A stretch of 64,000 bases of DNA from an uncultured Gemmatimonadaceae bacterium (GTDB lineage Bacteria > Gemmatimonadota > Gemmatimonadetes > Gemmatimonadales > Gemmatimonadaceae), in assembly GCA_963740355.1 (NCBI GenBank), contig CAVUDW010000003.1, forward strand, positions 128,001 to 192,000. Direction: 5' to 3'. Shown piece after piece: positions 59,123 through 64,000 of the stretch. How positions within the stretch are numbered: position 1 is the first letter of the stretch; each line of letters begins with the position of its first letter. Position numbers and translations under genes: made by a program. The notes below the pieces were generated by a model. It saw only the letters and a program-made list of their open reading frames with translations, had not been told where the DNA came from and made no database searches.

Positions 59123-60358
59123 TCAGCGCGCGTGGTGCAGGCGGTGCGCCACGACCTTCACATGTGCGCGCTGCAGATGATAGAGTCCCGCGCCGTACAT
59201 CGCCGCGCCGACGGACAACACCGCCCGCACCAGCGACGCCCCTTCATAACCGAAGAAGCTGCGTGAGGTCTCGCTGGCGATCAGCGTCAGGCAGACCCAG
59301 AACAAGACACGTGAGCTCCCCGCGCGGAACGTTGTCTCGGCGCGGCCATTGAACTCGGCGATGATGTAGCCCAGTACCGTGGCCGCGATCCCGGCCTCCA
59401 GCAACGGCAATGACAGCGCATATCCGGCTTCGGACGATGGCATGCCGATGTGCACCAGTGGAAAGCTGCGGAAGCTGTGCCCAGGCCACACGCCGGCGCC
59501 GACGAAGTAGCAGACTATGAACGGGGATGCCGCGAACAGCGACGGTACCTCGAAGCGTCGCTCGACGAACATCGGTGCGGTCCAACGCCCACGCCACGAT
59601 GCGTATGCCGTGACGGCGACGATCGAGCCCAGTGCAATGCGCCAGTCGATGAAGACGGACGGCAACATCCCGATCGAGATCCAGGTTGCGGCGACGGTCG
59701 GCACGATCCACCAATCACGATCTGGCGTATGGGCACGAATCGCGCGGGCGATCGAGCCGATGATCGAGGCGCCCATCAGGCCAATGCAGAGCGTGAGGCC
59801 AAGTCGCGCGGGATCGTCCTGCGCGGCGGCGCCACTGGCCCACATCAACGGGATCATCAGGTAGACGAGTCCCATCAGCGGCAACTGCAACAGCATGGCA
59901 TTGAGCGTGTTGGCCGTGCCGTTGGCATCGACGTGCGCACGTTCACAAAGGTTCGCGCCGACGGTCGCGCCGGCGATCGCGCCAAGCAGGTCCCATGGCG
60001 AGGGCGAGTGTGATGCCTCGAACAGCTGCGCCGTCTCCAGGGCCAGGGCCAGCATCGCGGCCGACAAGGCGATCGAGATCAGGTGCTGGCCTCGCGCACC
60101 GGTCCGCGCGCGCCGCGTGAGAAAGCCGTATGGCACGAACATGGCCATCGTGGCGATCGTCCCCAGCGGTTTCAGGCCGAGGTCGAAGGCAAATTTCTCC
60201 GGGACCGCGAACTCGAATGGCAGCAGGAGCATGGCCGCGATCAGGACCACGAGATAGCTGAGCAGGGCGCGTGAAAGCTTCGCCCCGCTGTCGAGCGGCA
60301 CGGCGTGTTCATGCCCACGTTCGGAAACGTGGACCTCCTGCCCAATCGTGGTGGCCAT
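59123..60358 (-). CDS. Multi-pass membrane protein with VanZ-like N-terminus
   Basis: MFVPYGF, ETAQLF, DLL motifs; many TM helices. Confidence 0.7.
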   Translation of the reverse strand: MATTIGQEVHVSERGHEHAVPLDSGAKLSRALLSYLVVLIAAMLLLPFEFAVPEKFAFDLGLKPLGTIATMAMFVPYGFLTRRARTGARGQHLISIALSAAMLALALETAQLFEASHSPSPWDLLGAIAGATVGANLCERAHVDANGTANTLNAMLLQLPLMGLVYLMIPLMWASGAAAQDDPARLGLTLCIGLMGASIIGSIARAIRAHTPDRDWWIVPTVAATWISIGMLPSVFIDWRIALGSIVAVTAYASWRGRWTAPMFVERRFEVPSLFAASPFIVCYFVGAGVWPGHSFRSFPLVHIGMPSSEAGYALSLPLLEAGIAATVLGYIIAEFNGRAETTFRAGSSRVLFWVCLTLIASETSRSFFGYEGASLVRAVLSVGAAMYGAGLYHLQRAHVKVVAHRLHHAR

Positions 60359-60460
60359 GGAAGCCAATGTCGGCGAATCATGCGATTACTTGAGCACGCC
60401 ATATTGCGCCGGGTGGGCCAGGAATTTCTGTTTCTCACCGGCCACCCCTCATCTTTCCGT

Positions 60461-60955
60461 ATGCCCAACGCCTCCGTGGTGCTCCGCACCGCCACCGAAA
60501 CAGACGTTCCCGACATCCTCGCCCTCATCGAGGCGCTGGCCGACTACGAGCGCCTTCGTGACGCCTGTGTGGCCACGGAGGAGTTGCTGCGCGCGACACT
60601 CTTCGGCGCGGCGCCGAAGGCCGAGGTGATCATCGCGGAAAGTGATGGCGTGGTGGCTGGATTTGCCCTGTTCTGCAGCAACTACTCCACGTTCCTCGCG
60701 CAGCCTGGCATCTGGCTCGAGGACCTCTTCGTGCGTCCAGAGTTTCGCGGTCACGGCATCGGCCGATCGCTGCTGGCACACCTCGCGCGGCTGGCGGTCG
60801 AGCGCAACTGTGGTCGCGTCGAATGGGCCGTGCTCGACTGGAACACGCCGTCCATCGGCTTTTACGAATCACTCGGCGCCCGCGGCATGACGGAGTGGAC
60901 GACATTCCGTCTGACCGGCGACGCCATGCACACTCTCGCCTCGAGCGACGCATGA
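60461..60955 (+). CDS. GNAT acetyltransferase (spermidine/diamine acetyltransferase-like)
   Basis: LADYE, YSTF..GIWLEDLFV.PEFRGHGIG, WAVLDWN..SIGFY. Confidence 0.9.
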   Translation: MPNASVVLRTATETDVPDILALIEALADYERLRDACVATEELLRATLFGAAPKAEVIIAESDGVVAGFALFCSNYSTFLAQPGIWLEDLFVRPEFRGHGIGRSLLAHLARLAVERNCGRVEWAVLDWNTPSIGFYESLGARGMTEWTTFRLTGDAMHTLASSDA

Positions 60956-61539
60956 CCACACCGCTGCCCCCACACACGCCGAAACCGACCGCGCGTGAGC
61001 GCATCCCCCTGCCCAAGGCGGTCTCGGCCACCGAGCAGGACGTCAAGGCGATCGTGGCCCTCAACAATCAGTTCTCGGCCGATGGGCTGACGCTGCCGCG
61101 AACCGAGGAGTTCGTGGCCAACCATCTCAGCGACTACCGCATCGTGCGCGGCCCTGACGGCTCGCTGTGGGGCCAGGTGGCGCTGGACGAGTACTCGCCC
61201 TCCCTCTGTGAGCTTGTCTCGCTGGCGGTGGCACCAGCGGCGCAGGGCAAGGGTCTTGGCCGGCACCTGATCGCCGCCGCCGTCGATCTTGCCAACCGCC
61301 GCGGGTATCCGCAGCTCTTTGCCGTGTCGTTGGCGGACACGCTGTTTCTTGGTGCCGGCTTCCTGCAGCGTTCGATCGACGAATATCCCGAGAAGATCTG
61401 GCGCTACCGCGCGATTTCCCGGTCGGAGTTGTCGATCGGCAAGAAGTTTCTGTTCGTGCGTGACCTGCCACCGAAGCCAGCCCGCAAGCCGGCCAAGACA
61501 CGCTCCCGTCGGCCGCGGGTGCGCGGCACGCGGAAATAG
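60952..61539 (+). CDS. GNAT acetyltransferase (short ArgA-like)
   Basis: LPRT, ELVSLAV...QGKGLG, PEKIW; resembles short N-acetylglutamate synthases. Confidence 0.7.
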   Translation: MTTPLPPHTPKPTARERIPLPKAVSATEQDVKAIVALNNQFSADGLTLPRTEEFVANHLSDYRIVRGPDGSLWGQVALDEYSPSLCELVSLAVAPAAQGKGLGRHLIAAAVDLANRRGYPQLFAVSLADTLFLGAGFLQRSIDEYPEKIWRYRAISRSELSIGKKFLFVRDLPPKPARKPAKTRSRRPRVRGTRK

Positions 61540-61628
61540 CGCGGTCGCAGGCGCGGCATCCTGACGAGACGCGTGGTGTGAGTGGCGGTGCGGCTGACTT
61601 TGGCCGGTTTACATCGGCGCCGCTGGTC

Positions 61629-61657
61629 TTGACTCCCTGCCTCGGGGTTCGTACCCT
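61629..61657 (+). promoter_or_regulatory. Sigma70-like promoter for the riboswitch-metX transcript
   Basis: TTGACT-N17-TACCCT. Confidence 0.6.
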
Positions 61658-61672
61658 CCGTTCACAACCGTC

Positions 61673-61724
61673 GACGTGGTGATTTGCCGCCTGATTGCAG
61701 CCACGCTAAACAACTCGCTAAAAT
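61673..61724 (+). ncRNA. SAM-II (SAM_alpha / long-loop type) riboswitch
   Basis: CGTGG-TGATTTG...TTGCAG-CCACG-CTAAACAACTC-GCTAAA: P1 CGTGG/CCACG with conserved TGATTT, TTGCA and GCTAAA; lies upstream of metX. Confidence 0.85.
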
Positions 61725-61767
61725 GGACGCGCCTGGCGGCTTTCGATCGCACAGGCGCGCTGTGTTC

Positions 61768-62770
61768 ATGCCCGTATCAGCAGCAGAGTCGTACCTCGCG
61801 CATCAGCCGATCGGTCGCTTCGTCTTCGAAGACGGCACCGTGGTCGAGCAAGCCGCCTTCACGTATGCGCTGCGCCAGCCAGAGGGCATCAGCGAAGGCC
61901 TGGTGATCATCTGCCCGTCGCTCACCGGCACACCGCAGATCCTGCAGGACTGGTGGGCCGATGTTGGACCGGCCCTCGCCCGAGAGCGATACACCACGCT
62001 CTATCCGCATGGCTTCAGCGAGAGCGACGCTGCGCCCCCTGCACCGCAGCCGTCCGCCGAGCATTCGGGATCTGGCGCGCGGCATCGTTGCCTTGGCGCG
62101 CGCGCTTGGCTTGCCAAAGGCGACCTTCGTCACCGGCGGATCCCTCGGTGGAATGCTGGCACTGGAAGTTGGTGTGGAAAGTGGTGCGCCGACCCACGCG
62201 CTGGTGATTGCGGCGCCCGCGACCCAGACCGCCTGGGCCGCCGGCTGGAACGCGATCCAGATTCAGGCGATGGAAGTTGCCGGCGACGAGCGCGGCATGC
62301 TCATCGCTCGCGCGGTCGGCATGATGACGTATCGCACCGAGCGCGAGTTCGAATCACGCTTCGGCGTTGACGCGGAGGCGAACGATGGTCGCACCATGGC
62401 TGGGTATCTGGCGCATCATGGCCGCAAGCTGGTGGACCGGTTCGATCCGCTGGAGTACGAGCGGCGCGTGCGCGCGATGGATACACACGATGTCGGCCGC
62501 AATCGCGGCGGCTGGCGCGAGGCACTCGCCGCCCACGCCGACCGTCTGACAGCGGTCGGCATCGCCGGCGATGCGCTCTACAGCGCCGAGATCGTGGAGC
62601 GATGGGCGTTGGCCGTGGGCGCCGGTTTCGCACTCATGACTTCCATTCACGGGCATGACGCATTTCTGCTCGAACGTGAGCAGATGCGGGCAGTGATCGA
62701 GGCCGCATTCGAGCGAGCCGTGACCTCGATCAGCGCGTCGACCCAGCGCCAGCGATCACTCGCTGGTTGA
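61768..62770 (+). pseudogene. metX: Homoserine O-acyltransferase, frameshifted near 62015-62050 as sequenced
   Basis: N-part (FVFEDG...ICPSLTG...WW) in one frame; SIRDLA, GGSLGGM, GMMTYR, HGHDAFL in the +1 frame; SAM riboswitch upstream. Confidence 0.8.
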
Positions 62771-64000
62771 GGAGTCGGACGACGTGCGAGCGGTTGGTAA
62801 GGCGGAGGAAAGTGTGGCCCACCCGTTGCGGAACGGGTGTTGTGCCACGACACCGCCGATGACCGGCTTGTCGCGGCCGCGATCGTAGCGCAGCAGCAAT
62901 CCATTCGCATGCGACTGCAGCCACGCGGGCGCATCCTGCTTGGCAATCGGTTCGATGCGGACGTCGCGCAGCTGGCCTTCGAAGTGATACTCACCGTTGT
63001 AGGCCCCCACCATCGCCACCGGGTGCCCAGCGGCCAGCGCTGCCTTCACGGCGGCCGCCATCGGCGCGGTGTCGTACGGCACGGTGCCGGCACGCGCGGC
63101 GGCCAGTTGCAGGCCAACGAGCAGCACCGTGACGCTCACGGCAATCGCGTGCACCGCCGCGTTGCGCGTGATGCGTCCGCGTTGCCATGCCACCAGCATC
63201 ACGGCCGCGCCGATCGGCACCAGCACCCATCCCCAGACGATCGGTCCGTGCGGCCACCAGATCGCCTTTGCCGCCAGATTGGTCGTGGCAGCCGCGATGA
63301 TCACACCGCACAGCACCACGATCCCTGCGGCAACGACCCACGGCCGACCAAGCGGCGCGGCTTCACGCAGACTCAAGCCACGCGAGAGCAACAGTGCGAT
63401 CGCAGGGACCAGCGGCAACAGATAGTGCAACTGCTTGCCGCTGACGAGTGAAAAGGCAACGAAGCCTGACGCCGCCCAGACGAGACAGAAACGCACGCCC
63501 GCATCACGCGGCGCGAGTCGCAACGCACCAAGGGCACGCCACGACTCCGGCCACATGAACCAGGGGAAGAGCAGCGCCGGCAACAACGGCACGTACCAGA
63601 GCAGGCCACGACGGTGCGCGAAGCTCTGTGTCATGCGACCGGTCGTCTGGCCAAGGAAGATCGCGTGCTGATAGGCTGGCCCACCGGAGATGCCGGCAGG
63701 AATCGCCCACAGCAGTGCCCCAGCCGCGCCGAGCAGCACCGCACCGAGCAGCGAGGCGTACCAGGTGCCCCATCGGCGGTCGGCGCGCGGCGTCGCCCAC
63801 CATGGCGCAGCCAGTGCCACCGGCAGCACGTGGATGAAGATCACGGGCCCCTTCGACAACACACCAAGCGTGATGCCGGCCGCAAGCAGAAAGATTCCGC
63901 GGCGCTGTCCCCGCTCCACGGCGCGCACGATGCCGAGCAACGCCAACAGCGAACTGCAGGCCAGCAGCGTGTCGAACATGAACAACGAGCCGAATGATGC
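62756..64000 (-). CDS. ArnT/PMT-family (GT83/GT39-like) membrane glycosyltransferase, 5' end outside the window
   Basis: FD.LL, LGVLSKGPV, FAH, FPW, FSLVSGKQLHYLLP motifs. Confidence 0.85.
   Translation of the reverse strand, partial: ASFGSLFMFDTLLACSSLLALLGIVRAVERGQRRGIFLLAAGITLGVLSKGPVIFIHVLPVALAAPWWATPRADRRWGTWYASLLGAVLLGAAGALLWAIPAGISGGPAYQHAIFLGQTTGRMTQSFAHRRGLLWYVPLLPALLFPWFMWPESWRALGALRLAPRDAGVRFCLVWAASGFVAFSLVSGKQLHYLLPLVPAIALLLSRGLSLREAAPLGRPWVVAAGIVVLCGVIIAAATTNLAAKAIWWPHGPIVWGWVLVPIGAAVMLVAWQRGRITRNAAVHAIAVSVTVLLVGLQLAAARAGTVPYDTAPMAAAVKAALAAGHPVAMVGAYNGEYHFEGQLRDVRIEPIAKQDAPAWLQSHANGLLLRYDRGRDKPVIGGVVAQHPFRNGWATLSSALPTARTSSDSSTSE

Noticed and set aside
1..64000. CRISPR arrays, tRNA/rRNA genes, IS elements, prophage or defence systems
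   Set aside because: No regularly spaced repeats, RNA-gene signatures, transposase, integrase or nuclease motifs recognised by eye; covariance-model and HMM scans were not possible

Overview
High-GC bacterial chromosome segment; gene content and style suggest Gemmatimonadota (inference, not verified). No rRNA, tRNA, CRISPR array or transposase was recognised. Contents from left to right: (1) the 5' end of bchE at the left edge, missed by the ORF track, directly downstream of a co-oriented operon for a small membrane protein, a DsrL/GltD-like Fe-S flavoprotein, an atypical cytochrome b, a Rieske protein and a cytochrome c; (2) a 2788-aa cyclic beta-1,2-glucan synthase; (3) a stand-alone BLUF protein divergent from a cheA-cheW-PAS receptor-cheY-cheB-cheR operon; (4) mixed accessory genes (USP, ECF sigma/anti-sigma/DUF4097, MgtC-like, MCP, di-haem cytochrome c); (5) a FixL-like PAS kinase/NarL-type regulator pair ahead of a full cbb3 oxidase operon; (6) ocd, a UbiE-family methyltransferase, two GNATs, a SAM-II riboswitch with metX, and an ArnT-like gene cut by the right edge. 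The main non-obvious signal is a 19-bp palindrome, TGTC(A/G)GG-N5-CC(T/C)GACA, recurring upstream of the kinase/regulator pair, cco, the USP gene, the Rieske operon and (weakly) bchE. It suggests an FNR-independent low-oxygen regulon. Two genes are frameshifted and two are fused as sequenced, which may be assembly errors.
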